A stretch of 63,365 bases of DNA, filler included, from Saprolegnia diclina VS20 (GCF_000281045.1; 7 parts of 3 records of this genome joined end to end with filler, not necessarily neighbours in it), one strand, 5' to 3'; numbered from the whole stretch's first letter, positions 47,320 to 58,742 are shown. Numbers and translations: made by a program. The notes: generated from the letters alone by a model not told the origin.

Positions 47320-50300
47320 ATGCCCCGGGACCGCCTGTCGAGCGACCTCTCGTCCGGTCCATCGCGCTCGCGCAGCAACGCGCGGACGTCGAACCCATCG
47401 GTGGCCCATGACATGATCCCGCTGCCAGCGTCGCTGCGGTCCGGGCCCTCGGCGTCGCTGCTGTGCCCGCCCATTGACGAGCTGCCGACCGATGGCATGA
47501 TCCACGCCGAAGACATCTTCCGCGAGTCGTTCGAGAGCTACACGAGCGACTACGACACGAACGGCTGGGAGTTCTCGTCATCGCGGTCGCTCACGGACTT
47601 TGCCATGTCGTCACGGTCGATGCACGACTTTGGCGCCTCGTCGCGATCGCTCCTGGACTTTGCCGCGTCGTCGCGGTCGCTCCACGAGTTTGCCACGTCG
47701 CGCTCGACGCTGACCAACCGCATGTACCGTGCGTCCAACTCGGCGCGCGAAAGCATGATGCTTGAAGAGATCTCCGAGACGGACCTCTCGGCCGTGCTCG
47801 ACGAAGAAGACGAAGAGACCATCATGCACGAGAAGCGGTCCAACTCGATCATGTCGGAAGACAACGAGTTCAAGCAGCGACAGGCCAAGTCCCGCTGGGC
47901 GCAGCAAGTCAAGCTCAAGGCGACGCGGTTCCTCGAAGCCTCCAAGGCGCAGCTCGCCGCGAACCACTCGAGTTCGTTCAAGAAGGGGTCGTCCCTCGAT
48001 GTACGTCGTCGTCATCCTCTCGTAGCTCGAAGAGCGTGACAAGGAGCGTAGGCAGCGATTGCAGCGGCGGCCGGGCACCCCGAAGGCTCGACGCTGCAGA
48101 AATGGAACCGATGGCTCTACGACCACTACAGCACCAACGTCAAGAGCGTGCCCACGTCGTGGGGCAAGGTGCTGCAGCTGCCCAACACGATTGCCAAGTG
48201 GAATCGTGAGGTTTGTCCACCGCCTCCGCGCGACAAAGCTCATTTTCCGGTGCTAGGACCCGCAAACGTCCCACCCGATCGAGCCACTGAGTCTTGTCGC
48301 GCTCGAAGAGGTCGTCAACACACCCAAGATGATGCGCTACTACGCTTCGTGGCTCAAGACCGAGCAAGACCAGTGCAAGCTCTTCTTCCTCTGCAGCCTT
48401 GACGAGTACCGGTACGATCATCGCATCCTTCCTGCCATCTCTCATCAACGCATGGCGGTAGTGTGTTTTGGCGCATGGTGGTGCAGCGACCCGACATGAC
48501 CGCATCGTCCAAGTCGCTCCTCGCGATGAGCGACGAGAACAAGAGCCTGCTCCAGACGTACGGCCAGAAGCTCTTGCTCAAGTACGTCACGGCCGGCTCG
48601 CAGTTCTACGTCGGTGACGACATGGTCGTCCACCTCCCAACTGTCCAAGCCGACATTCACAACGGCGGCGAGGCGGCGCTGCATGCGTTCGACCAGATCG
48701 CACGCAACGTCAAGCAGCATTTGATGCTGACGTTTCCGTCGTTCCGGACCACCGACCTGTACGCCGACATGCTCGCGAGCGTCGAGCGCACGCTCCTGCC
48801 GCTCGACGCGATTCTGCTCAACCGGCTGCTGTGCAACTTTTTCTGGCTCTTCCTCTTCCAGCACCAGTACCACAATGAAGTCGCCTTGTACATGGAGATC
48901 CAGTACGACTTCAAGCGGCTCTACCGACAGTACGCCGACTCGAAGCTGCCGCGCAAGACGCGCATGCAGCTCGGGTCGGACGCGGTCGCGATGCTGCAGT
49001 ACATTCGGCAAAAGTACTTTGACGGCAACGACGACTTTACCGATTTGGAAGCGTCCGTCTCGGCGGCCCATACGCGGCTCCACAAGGAACAAGAAGCCAT
49101 TTTTGAAAAGCTCGAGGAAAACTACGAAGAACTCTACTTTCGGTACGTCGAATGTGCCCATCGATTCGGAAAATTTGATTTGTGATGAATTGTAGGTTTA
49201 TCGCGAGCCCAGCGTACGCGGAATTTGCCTTGTACCCGCGCAGCAACTCGGACGACAGCGTGCATCGGCTCTCGGAGCTCCTCTTGCACTACGGTCTCCG
49301 CGCTCACCCGCCCGTGATGGCGCCCGAGCGGCCGCGCCCGTCGCTGCTCGAGATGCCAAAGTCGTGGGTCTACTCGATCGTGAGCTTCGAGTCGGTCTTC
49401 CGCGCCGACGGCCACACGTTTGAGCTGCAGTGGATCTCGTACGACGAGCACATGGACCTCGACCAGACGATCGAGTCGTTCCTCGTGCCATGGTACATTC
49501 GATTCTAGAATCCAGAATCTAGAATCTGGTACCGGATATCTGATATGGCGGGTGATAAGGTGCAAGGACGCGAGTCAGTGCGTCATGCTCAGTCACGCGA
49601 CGCCCGACCCAATCGCGTTCAACACGCGCGCGCTCACGGGCGAAACAGAGCTCTTTGGCGCAGTCCTCACGCTCTTCAAGCCGTTCCGCGACGATGCGAA
49701 GGGCGCATCGTACTACATTCCCTTTGGTCTATATACTCGATCGGCACTGTCAGTTATATAACGCTCATCGTAGGTGTCGCCGTCTTCTCAATGTTCCCGC
49801 TCTTTGACACTCTCCGCGATCGACTCGGAGAAGCGTACAAGAGCCTTGCGCCGTCGACGTCGACGTCGTCGTTTCACTTGGACGAAGCGGTTGTCTCGGC
49901 CATCTCGCGGCCGGTCGTCGACGTCCTCCCGTCGTTCGTCGCCTCGCTGCCGCCGCTTGGCTTTTCCCTGCACCTCCTCTTTGACACGCTCGACGTGTCG
50001 AACGTGCTCACAGTCTTTACGGCCGTCCTCCTCGAGTGTCGGGTGCTGCTCATCTCGTCGCAGTACACAGTGCTGGCGCTCGTGGCCGAGACGCTCCGGA
50101 CGCTGATTGCACCGCTCAACTGGCCGCACGTGTACGTGCCCGTGCTCCCCGGCCGCATGCTCGACTACCTCCAGTGCCCGACGCCGTTTCTCTTTGGCGT
50201 GCAGAAGGACCTCCTCGACGCCAGCCTCCTCAGTACGCCGTTTTGTTTGTACCATATCAACTTGATAGACTGCGGTAGGCGAGCTCGGCGACGAAGTGCT

Positions 50301-50780
50301 CTGCGTCGATCTCGACACGAGCATGGTCGTGCAAGGCGAGATTCCGGTCGGGCTTCCAACGCCAGTGTGGAAACGCCTTCACTCGTACGACGAACTTGGT
50401 ATCGCGAAGGACTAACGACGGCTAGGACGCTCCGGAGCTGCCTCAAGGCCCACGTGACGCAGAGCGACCATGTGTTTGGAAGCTCATTCCCGCGCCAAGT
50501 GGCGCCGTTTCCCGACGTGCGCATCCGCCTCGCGTTCAAAGAGGCGGTCGAGATGCTCATCGGGACGGGCGACAACGACGAGGGCGCCGACGTGCATTTT
50601 GGCCGGTTCCGCTACCTCTGGGACGACCAGTACCAGGAAAAGGTCGTCTTCTTCGACGAGGCTGGGTACCTCGCGCTCTCGCCGCTCGCCATGCGGCCGT
50701 TCCGGACGTCGTTCATCTCGACGCAGGCGTTCTCCGAGTACGTTGTTGTCCGCAACGGCTTTCGTGACAAGCAGCGATGA
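47320..50780 (+). CDS. Tandem RGS-domain + DENN-domain (Rab GEF-like) protein
   Basis: RGS-like LEEVVNTPKMMRYYASWL...LFFL..LDEYR...KYV...TFPSFRTTDLY and LDAILLNR..CNFFWLFL...IRQKYF...FIASPAY. cDENN FTAVLLECRVLLISS...LIAPLNWPHVYVPVLP..MLDYLQCPTPFLFGV. dDENN FISTQAFSEYV. Confidence 0.8.
47578..47706 (+). repeat. 30-bp coding tandem repeat (SSRS.xDF.. x4)
   Basis: SSRSLTDFAM / SSRSMHDFGA / SSRSLLDFAA / SSRSLHEFA then TSRS. Confidence 0.9.
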
Positions 50781-50905
50781 GATGGCAATGCAATCGTCTT
50801 CTTCTTCGTCGCATCGAGCCGAGATGGCATACGTGACTACCTGGCTCAGACCACAGCAGCATCGTCTCTTAGTGAAGATTACATGGAGTGGCTCCTACTA
50901 CGACT

Positions 50906-51922
50906 CTAGTCGCTGCGCGGACCAAAAAAGATGTACCGGCGCCAGCCCGACTTGGCAAAGTCGCAGCCGTTCTCCGTGAGCTTCTGGAAGGCCTTGGCAA
51001 AGTCCTTGTGCCAGAGGTCTTCGTCCTTGGCGTACAGCTCGACGTACTTTTTAAACTCGGGGTCCCAGAGGAACGCCATGTCGGCCGGCAGCATCATGAG
51101 GTCGCCTGTCGGGTCTTCGTACTGCTCCGGGCCCTTCCACTTCTTGATCGTCCACTTGTTCTCGATGAGCTCGCGAAAGTACTCGTTCGAGAACGTCGTC
51201 TCTGCGCGGGTCCACGGGCCCGAGTAGCCGCTGCGGCTCGGGTAGCAACGACCCACCGCGTGGGCGCCGACGAGCGCGACGATCTCGCGGTCATTGAAGC
51301 CCATGCGGTAGAAGACATCACGGATGTGGCTAATCGTCGATGGCTTGGAGCCCTTGTCGCCGGCAGGAAGACGGTCATCGGGCGTGACCTGTTCGCCCAC
51401 CTTGGCGTCCTTGCGGCCAAGGTGGAAGGGCACCTCGGGGCCGCCCATCTCGGCGATCGCAACGACGCCCGAGTAGATGAAGAGATCGGCGTACGAAATT
51501 TCGGGGTGGCGGGCCTTGACCGACTCGAGGCGGGCGATCGCGAGGTTGAGGCCAGCGTTGCCACCGTGGTTGATCTCGGGCTCGTTGCGGATGGTGCCGC
51601 CCTTGGAGCCGCCCGAGTGGTCGTGCTTGCTGTAGCTGCCCGACGAGTGCCACGCGAGGCGCACAAAGGTCGGGCCCATGGCCGGCTCGTCGTCAATGAG
51701 GTCGACAATCTCCTTGCGGATCTTTTCGAGGTTGACCTTGGCTTCCTGCGCCTGGAGGAGCGAGGCCGTGACCCCGGTCGTGACGAGGAAGGCGCCGGCC
51801 ATGGCCGTGGCCTTCGAGGCCGAGCTCTGGCGGGCGGCGACGCTCATGGAGCGGGCGAGGAGCCGGGGCGCGCCGGCGCGGGCGGCGATCCGGGTGGCGC
51901 GGGACGCAGCGTTGCGGAACAT
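50906..51922 (-). CDS. CCP1: Mitochondrial cytochrome c peroxidase (class I heme peroxidase), copy A
   Basis: Arg/Ala-rich presequence, distal RLAWH, proximal [15 protein letters not shown] and LMMLPAD. Confidence 0.92.
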   Translation of the reverse strand: MFRNAASRATRIAARAGAPRLLARSMSVAARQSSASKATAMAGAFLVTTGVTASLLQAQEAKVNLEKIRKEIVDLIDDEPAMGPTFVRLAWHSSGSYSKHDHSGGSKGGTIRNEPEINHGGNAGLNLAIARLESVKARHPEISYADLFIYSGVVAIAEMGGPEVPFHLGRKDAKVGEQVTPDDRLPAGDKGSKPSTISHIRDVFYRMGFNDREIVALVGAHAVGRCYPSRSGYSGPWTRAETTFSNEYFRELIENKWTIKKWKGPEQYEDPTGDLMMLPADMAFLWDPEFKKYVELYAKDEDLWHKDFAKAFQKLTENGCDFAKSGWRRYIFFGPRSD

Positions 51923-52663
51923 GTTGCTGGCGAAGGCGAATTGGCAAATGTGGCGTCAGTACGATCTTCCTTCAAGGCGCACCTGGATCGCGCAGGACGC
52001 AGCTGCACCCGCACCAATTACTTGTTGTTTGTATCTCGATGTAGAATCAGGTGCGCTTTTACATGAAAAGCACACCTTGCACCCAAGTGCAACCTGGTCA
52101 GGCTTTCTGGCCACGCGAAGGATCGGGACGTTGAAGGCAACGGCTCCGGCGTCGACCTGCGCAAGCTTCGCACGCATAACACTCCAGCTACCTGCCTTGC
52201 TCATCTACGTATTTTCTCCTTGATGCATGCCATACACATCGCGACCTGGCGCTTGCCAGAGGCTGTGCCAGACGCCAGAAGCGTCATCTTGGCGCCCATG
52301 TGGTCGCCAGGTCATCGCTTCGCCAGCCGAGATGCAGCGATTGTACTGCTGAACGTCACGCGTCGCTGCCACGTCAGAGCCGCATCGCGAACCTTCCTGG
52401 GCCACGTCGCGATCTTTCGCCGTGTGATCCATGGATGGGCTTGCCGTCTGGGGCAAAGTCGTACATGTCGCAGACTTCGCGCACCTCCGATTCGCCAAGA
52501 CCTATGTCATGCTATTTGTATGGAACTGGAGCCATCAGTGCGCGCACTTGAAAGTCATGACCATCATTCGATATATCCATGGACGAGCGTGTCTCAAGAT
52601 CAAGCGTTGTTCCGAGGGCCATCGGATTGCTCGCGATCTTGGTCGTGGGCCGCTTGTTCCGTA

Positions 52664-52679
52664 GCTCATTCTGCATTTC
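52664..52679 (+). promoter_or_regulatory. Oomycete Inr+FPR core promoter element
   Basis: GCTCATTCTGCATTTC matches the consensus GCTCATTYBNNNWTTY and begins 47 nt upstream of the CCP copy B ATG. Confidence 0.75.
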
Positions 52680-52710
52680 GCCACCAACTATTAATACACC
52701 CAGTACCAAC

Positions 52711-53676
52711 ATGTTCCGCACCGCCTTCGCCCGCGCCACCCGCGCTGCGCCGCGAGCTTTTGCCCGCTCGCTCAGCGTGTCGACAGCCCGGCGGCCAGTC
52801 TTCGCGTCGCCGACGACGGCGCTTGTCGGCGCCTTCTTCGTGACGACCGCCACGTCCGTCTCGCTCTTGCACGCCAAGGAGGCGAAGAAGCCCAACCTCG
52901 ACCAGATCCGCAAGGAGATTGTCGACCTCATGGACGACGACCCGGCCATGGGCCCGACCTTCGTCCGCCTCGCGTGGCACTCGTCGGGCAGCTACAGCAA
53001 GCACGACCACTCGGGCGGCTCCAAGGGCGGCACCATCCGCCACAAGCCCGAGAGCGCCCACGGCGGCAACGCGGGCCTCGACATTGCCGTGGCGCGTCTC
53101 GAAGCCATCAAGGCCCGCCACCCCGAGATCACATTCGCCGACCTCATCATCTTCTCTGGCGTTGTGGCGATCGCCGAGATGGGCGGCCCAGACGTCGGGT
53201 TCCGCGTCGGTCGCAAGGACGTCAAGGCCGGCGAGCTCGTGACGCCGGATGACCGCCTCCCGAACGCCGACAAGGGCTCCAAGCCAAAAACCATCAGCCA
53301 CATCCGTGATGTCTTCTACCGCATGGGCTTCAACGACCGCGAAATCGTCGCGCTCGTCGGCGCCCACGCAGTTGGTCGTTGCTACCCGAGCCGCAGCGGC
53401 TACTCGGGCCCGTGGACCCGCGCAGAGACGACGTTCTCGAACGAGTACTTTCGCGAGCTCATCGAGAACAAGTGGACGATCAAGAAGTGGAAGGGCCCGG
53501 AGCAGTACGAAGACCCGACAGGCGACCTCATGATGCTGCCGGCCGACATGGCGTTCCTCTGGGACCCCGAGTTTAAAAAGTACGTGCAGCTCTACGCCAA
53601 GGACGAAGACGCCTTCTTTGCCGACTTTGCCAAGGCCTTCCAAAAGCTCACGGAGCTTGGCGTCACCTTTGAGTAG
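52711..53676 (+). CDS. CCP1: Mitochondrial cytochrome c peroxidase, copy B
   Basis: [20 protein letters not shown] presequence, [13 protein letters not shown] and GPWT. Paralog of 50906-51922. Confidence 0.92.
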   Translation: MFRTAFARATRAAPRAFARSLSVSTARRPVFASPTTALVGAFFVTTATSVSLLHAKEAKKPNLDQIRKEIVDLMDDDPAMGPTFVRLAWHSSGSYSKHDHSGGSKGGTIRHKPESAHGGNAGLDIAVARLEAIKARHPEITFADLIIFSGVVAIAEMGGPDVGFRVGRKDVKAGELVTPDDRLPNADKGSKPKTISHIRDVFYRMGFNDREIVALVGAHAVGRCYPSRSGYSGPWTRAETTFSNEYFRELIENKWTIKKWKGPEQYEDPTGDLMMLPADMAFLWDPEFKKYVQLYAKDEDAFFADFAKAFQKLTELGVTFE

Positions 53677-53960
53677 AAAGCGAAGAGGCGCCATCAATAA
53701 CTTCTGTACAACTAACTAACTCGTCTATAAGTACTCAGAGTCAGGGTTATTCCGGGGTTATTCGCATGTGCGTCAACCGGAGAGGGAAAAGTGGGATCTC
53801 ATGAGATCACCCAACGAAAATCACTCTGACGCCAAGCCAATAACCCCTCACATTTCACGCCAGCCCGACTCCTGGACTCTGGTCGCGCCAGAATACTCTG
53901 CATGGCTGCGATCTGAAAACAGTCCACATCACCAGAATCTGGTTGGAAGCGTTTCTAGGT

Positions 53961-54590
53961 CTACACGGCGTGGCCGTAGAGGTGCTGGAAATGGTTGAGC
54001 AACTTCACGGGCGACGCCGACGAGAGAAGGTTGATGACCGCCGGAGGCATGTGACCACCGAGGTCCATGTGCACGATCAGCGTCACCTTGCACGAGGTGG
54101 CCGTGATGGGTCGGAGAATGTAGCCCGAGATGTGCGTGTGGGCGCGGACGAACGATGGGTTCTCGGGCATGCTTGGGAGCTCGATCGACTTGGTGCCAAT
54201 GACGATTGCGTCGTCGACGACCTGCTTGCAGGTCACGACAAGGAAGTCGCGGGCTGTCGTTGGGAACACGGGCTTGGCCTGCACGTACCGGATCGACGTC
54301 GCGCCGAGGTCTCGGAGCACGCGGCAGTTGTCGGTCATCTCGTCAAACGTGCTCATCGCATCGGCGTCGGCGAGCTTGGCGGCCAAGACCTCGGCCGCGC
54401 AGCCGATCGTCGCCGTCGCCTTGATGCAGTTCCATGCATTGCCCGCGACGACGCCCCGCGAGACGAGGACGCCATGCGATAGCTTGGCCTCGCCCCACGT
54501 CGTGCGCGGGTCTTGGTTCGCGTCCTTGGCGAGCACCTCGGCGATGCTCTGCTGGCCGAGCGCAAGGACCTTCGCCATCTCGTCCATGAT
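53961..54590 (-). CDS. START (StAR-related lipid transfer) domain protein, 5' end lost in gap
   Basis: AKPVFPTTARDFLV, FVRA...SGYILRP and VTLIVHMDLGGHMPPAVIN. Confidence 0.85.
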   Translation of the reverse strand: MMDEMAKVLALGQQSIAEVLAKDANQDPRTTWGEAKLSHGVLVSRGVVAGNAWNCIKATATIGCAAEVLAAKLADADAMSTFDEMTDNCRVLRDLGATSIRYVQAKPVFPTTARDFLVVTCKQVVDDAIVIGTKSIELPSMPENPSFVRAHTHISGYILRPITATSCKVTLIVHMDLGGHMPPAVINLLSSASPVKLLNHFQHLYGHAV

Positions 54591-55233
54591 NNNNNNNNNN
54601 NNNNNNNNNNNNNNNNNNNNNNNNNNNNNNNNNNTTAATTAATTAANNNNNNNNNNNNNNNNNNNNNNNNNNNNNNNNNNNNNNNNNNNNACCATAAACT
54701 AAAGCATAACTAGAAAGCGCTGCCCTCGCCATAGTGCTTCACAGCAAGACGGACTTGGCGTCGGGTCACTTGAGCAACTCTGCATTATAGCTTTTCAGTA
54801 GCGCATACCATCAAGACTCCAATGATTTTTTACGGGACAAACGATGGTCTAAAGCAGCTATTCGACTCCTAGTACAATGTGTAAACCGACCAAGTCCGAG
54901 CATAGCTAAGTTGCTGGAGCGTTTGACAATAATTCAGTGTTCGCACACGAGTTCAGGAACCTCTAACAATTAATACAATAAATATTATTTTTTAAGGATC
55001 GTGTACAAAAATGAAAGTAATTCCCAAGACCATTTAAAATACATTTCAATCTATCGATATCGGAACGCCAACCAGCGGCTCTATCCTGTTTGAACATATT
55101 TGCACGCAAGGAACTCAACTAGTCGAAAGCTCTCCGAAGCCTTGACAATAACTAGTCAAGCAAGACTTGCTACTGCTACCATGCTTGCTGCTTTAGGTTA
55201 GCAGAACCTCGTCAGGAGACAGCATCCCCAGAC

Positions 55234-55943
55234 AGCCAGTTCGGAAAACCAATTGCTCCCGAGGAGCCAGTTCGTGAAAAACCAATTGCTCCGGACCAAT
55301 GTGGAGTTCAACACTATATGATGTTATGTAATATAGTGTACGGTGTCGTCATGAGCAATTGGTTTCTCCAGGACTGGCGAAAACCTTTCAAACCTTATAC
55401 AATACCTCTGGAAACACATAAACGACAATACCGTCCAAACTAGACAACATTATCCAAACATAAAATTATCCTCGTGTAGCCCGAACGACAGCGAATCCAA
55501 TGCACTCTTGAGCGCCCTAAAATTCCTTCAGGAACCTTGAGCAATCACTCTTTGAAGCATATAAATGACAATATCTCCATCAATATTGACACTATTGGTC
55601 TCAAAAAAATTCCTCCTTCCGGATTTCACGTCATGCAGGCGCTCACAAAATTTGACCCTAAAATTCGCTCTAGTATAGAATCTACCGCCTGATTACCCTC
55701 CCTCCCACCCTCCCACCCTCCCAAACTACTCTCTTTCCTTCACAAAATACTACTTTTTCAAATCCAAAACTTCATTTTCAAACACTTTATTCACATTCAA
55801 ATTCTCCTTCTTTTATTACATCAAAAACCCTCATCAAACTACTCTCTTTCCTTCACAAAATACTACTTTTTCAAATTCCAAACTTCATTTTCAAAAACGC
55901 GCTCGCTTCGCTCGCGATACAGCCGCCCCGGCGGCTGTATCGC
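55234..55943. repeat. AT-rich repeat/TE-like segment with direct repeats, an inverted repeat and a GC-rich hairpin
   Basis: AGCCAGTTCG..AAAACCAATTGCTCC occurs at 55234 and 55265 with an inverted copy at 55353-55378. A 61-bp direct repeat spans 55722-55782 and 55835-55895. A 14-bp perfect stem spans 55914-55943. Confidence 0.6.
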
Positions 55944-56486
55944 AGGGTATGGTGTTTTCAGTTTCGAATTATTTATGACTTCGGAATGACTTAGTTTTGT
56001 ATACCATTCAAACACATAGTTATGATGAGGCTCAAAGTAGTAGGCGTCGGTGAGCTCGGACGAGGCGATGGCATCGGATGAGGTGGCGTCATACGAACTC
56101 ACGAATGGATGATACTTGTGGATCCAGGTGGCCGGTACATACAAATTGCTTGTATGGATGACAGTCGTGTACTATTACAGTCTACATATTTACACCGCTG
56201 CGTGGATACATCATTAGAACAGCCTGTGATGTGACGTCATTGTTACGTATCACTGTGGTGAACGACGCGCCAAACTCAATCACTCCAGTCAGATTCACAA
56301 TGTTTACTTTCTACTACTGCGACGNNNNNNNNNNNNNNNNNNNNNNNNNNNNNNNNNNNNNNNNNNNNTTAATTAATTAANNNNNNNNNNNNNNNNNNNN
56401 NNNNNNNNNNNNNNNNNNNNNNNNATCTTTGAGGGTGCAAACATATACTCGTATATAAAGAAGTACAGTAGTTAAAGCAGGCTCCC

Positions 56487-58001
56487 TCATTCTCCCAGCG
56501 GAAGAGTCCGTCCAAAGCGACGATCGACGAGGACAATATCTTCGAACGTGCGTACGCGGAGGTCGCTCGCGACCTGAACCTTGCGAACGCACCACGTCTT
56601 GACGTCAAATATAACCCACTGATTTTGATACCGAACGCTCAAGAGCCCATTCAGAACCGCCGACGCGCGGTCGAGATGGTAGACGTCACCAAGGATCCAG
56701 TCGTCGTGCTCAAAGAGGTACTTCGCCCCACCACAGAGCAGCATCGACGAGCTCACACGAGGGAGCCCGCGCTTCCAGAGACAGCGCACCAGACCAAAGC
56801 AGACGCCGTTGCAGACTAGCACGATCCCCACCAGCGTCAGAAGTCGTTGTAGTGATCCAATCACGACACTGCCTGCCACACACACCACTTGGTAGTCCAA
56901 TGTAGCAATCTCACAAGTTGGAGATACTGTGATGGTGGCCTGGACCGGCGCCAGTGTCGCCAGCAGCGCCGAGATGAGCCACATGAGCAGACTGTTGATG
57001 GTAGCGTACGCGATCGTGTGGTCTTGCGTCCAGACGAGCGAGATGTCGTTGACGATACCGACAAGCCACGTGACTTCATTCGCTGCGAGACACGTCGTCC
57101 AGAGCGGAACGGGCGTCGTGACAAAGTAGCTGAAGACACCGTCAGTTTGGAGCTCAATCGAGGCAGTCGAGAGAAGACAGAGAGCCGTGATACTCCGAAC
57201 CACGACCAATGGTCGACCGACCCAGACGATGCCGCCGACGCGACTCATTTCAAACATGTTGAGACCCTCGACGTAACCTCGAGATAGTAAAATGTACACA
57301 AACGTGACGGCTGCGAGCATGATCATGACGAAGGTGACATATCGGATGGCTTGGAGTGCATAGAAAGCAAAGATAGTTGGCAGTTGCGCCACGTCGACGG
57401 TTTGCTCCAGTCGTGTGATGTCGTTGCCCATGGCGGTTAGGGTATTTAGATCACCTTGGAACGAGATGACTTCGCGGTTGCCCATCGCCCAATCATATAC
57501 GAAGAGCCATGCAAAAAAGTGAAAACTCGGGTCCGATAGATCAAGAACCGGCAAGTGGAAGAGCTCAATGGGTGCTGTCTTGTTGACCCGACCGAACTGA
57601 ACCCACTCAATCCGGAGCTTGTCAATAGCCGCGTAGAGAGATGGACGCCAGTTGGGCAGTGTCGAAAGGTAGGGGAGAAAGGCCTGCCCCGCGCGAATTT
57701 TGGCCTCGCAATGTGTTCCGTCGCTATGGCTATCGAGAAGACAAATCGACGTGACATTGGTCGTCGCACCAATGTTGCTCAGAGTTACGGCAAACAGAAT
57801 GTGGTCGCGCGGCGGTACAAAGGCCATCGCTGAAGAATACGGGACATCACAGCCGTCTTGATACGCGTCGGTGCCAATGATCCATTCGAGGGTCTCAAGG
57901 TACGTGCTTGGCTGGTCCGGACATAAGACGGAGCCACTCACGGTGTAAATGGTCTCCTTCCACTGCGACGGCGCTGGTGCCAAGATGTACTTGTCCGGAA
58001 T
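56487..58001 (-). CDS. C-terminal part of large Saprolegniales-type multi-transmembrane repeat protein (paralog A)
   Basis: Open to the gap. Motifs FAWLFVYDWAMGNREVISFQGD, RVGGIVWVGRPLVVVRSITAL, NEVTWLV and FDVKTW, with several TM helices. Confidence 0.8.
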   Translation of the reverse strand: MPDKYILAPAPSQWKETIYTVSGSVLCPDQPSTYLETLEWIIGTDAYQDGCDVPYSSAMAFVPPRDHILFAVTLSNIGATTNVTSICLLDSHSDGTHCEAKIRAGQAFLPYLSTLPNWRPSLYAAIDKLRIEWVQFGRVNKTAPIELFHLPVLDLSDPSFHFFAWLFVYDWAMGNREVISFQGDLNTLTAMGNDITRLEQTVDVAQLPTIFAFYALQAIRYVTFVMIMLAAVTFVYILLSRGYVEGLNMFEMSRVGGIVWVGRPLVVVRSITALCLLSTASIELQTDGVFSYFVTTPVPLWTTCLAANEVTWLVGIVNDISLVWTQDHTIAYATINSLLMWLISALLATLAPVQATITVSPTCEIATLDYQVVCVAGSVVIGSLQRLLTLVGIVLVCNGVCFGLVRCLWKRGLPRVSSSMLLCGGAKYLFEHDDWILGDVYHLDRASAVLNGLLSVRYQNQWVIFDVKTWCVRKVQVASDLRVRTFEDIVLVDRRFGRTLPLGE

Positions 58002-58742
58002 NNNNNNNNNNNNNNNNNNNNNNNNNNNNNNNNNNNNNNNNNNNNTTAATTAATTAANNNNNNNNNNNNNNNNNNNNNNNNNNNNNNNNNNNNNNNNNNN
58101 NTGACGTTGCAACAGTGGGTTCATCCTTCACTACTTGCCCAAGCGCAACTTGTATCTTTTGTAAAGACTCCTTGGATGAGAATGTAGACCACGGAACCTG
58201 ATTTACTCTGTTCGACAGACTATGGTGAAGAAGGGCCACCATCCTCTTGATTGATGCGAAAGAACCTGGAAGTCACGAGCCGAGGTAGCTGAGGAAGGCT
58301 TATCTTAACCTCGGACGCTGAGATCGTTAATTGCGTTCGCTACATAGCTCCGACGGCGACGCTACATAGCTATTCGTACTCCAAAAGTGTTGTTCAGCCC
58401 TCTGGTGAGTATGCCAATGTCATTTTCAACCGCCATTTTGGCCCGTCGAGACTGCGCGCCAGAAACCCAAAATGTGACTAATGATGGCGAGCGCCATTAA
58501 TAACGGGCCAATCCTATCGAGAATCGTCGACGCCCGGAGCTACTATTAACCATGTTGCGTGGTGCTTAAGGAGCGCAAACTCGATGCGATGGCACCCACG
58601 CTGGTTCTTCGTCACATCGCGCAGTGCCATTTTTGCAAACCACAAGATCGCAAAATCAATTATTTGATGTGATGGCCAATCCAAAGCCAGGACAGCAGAT
58701 CATTTCAACCAATCGCCATTTCGTAATTTCCGGTCGTGGCCA

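Noticed and set aside
33664..53697. Long antisense ORFs (33664-35031, 39995-41392, 50888-52066, 52666-53697)
   Set aside because: These are shadow ORFs produced by GC3-rich codon usage of the myosin and peroxidase genes, with no independent motifs.
55234..55895. Repeats considered as a possible CRISPR array
   Set aside because: Only 2-3 imperfect copies with no regular unique spacers, no cas genes, and a eukaryotic context.
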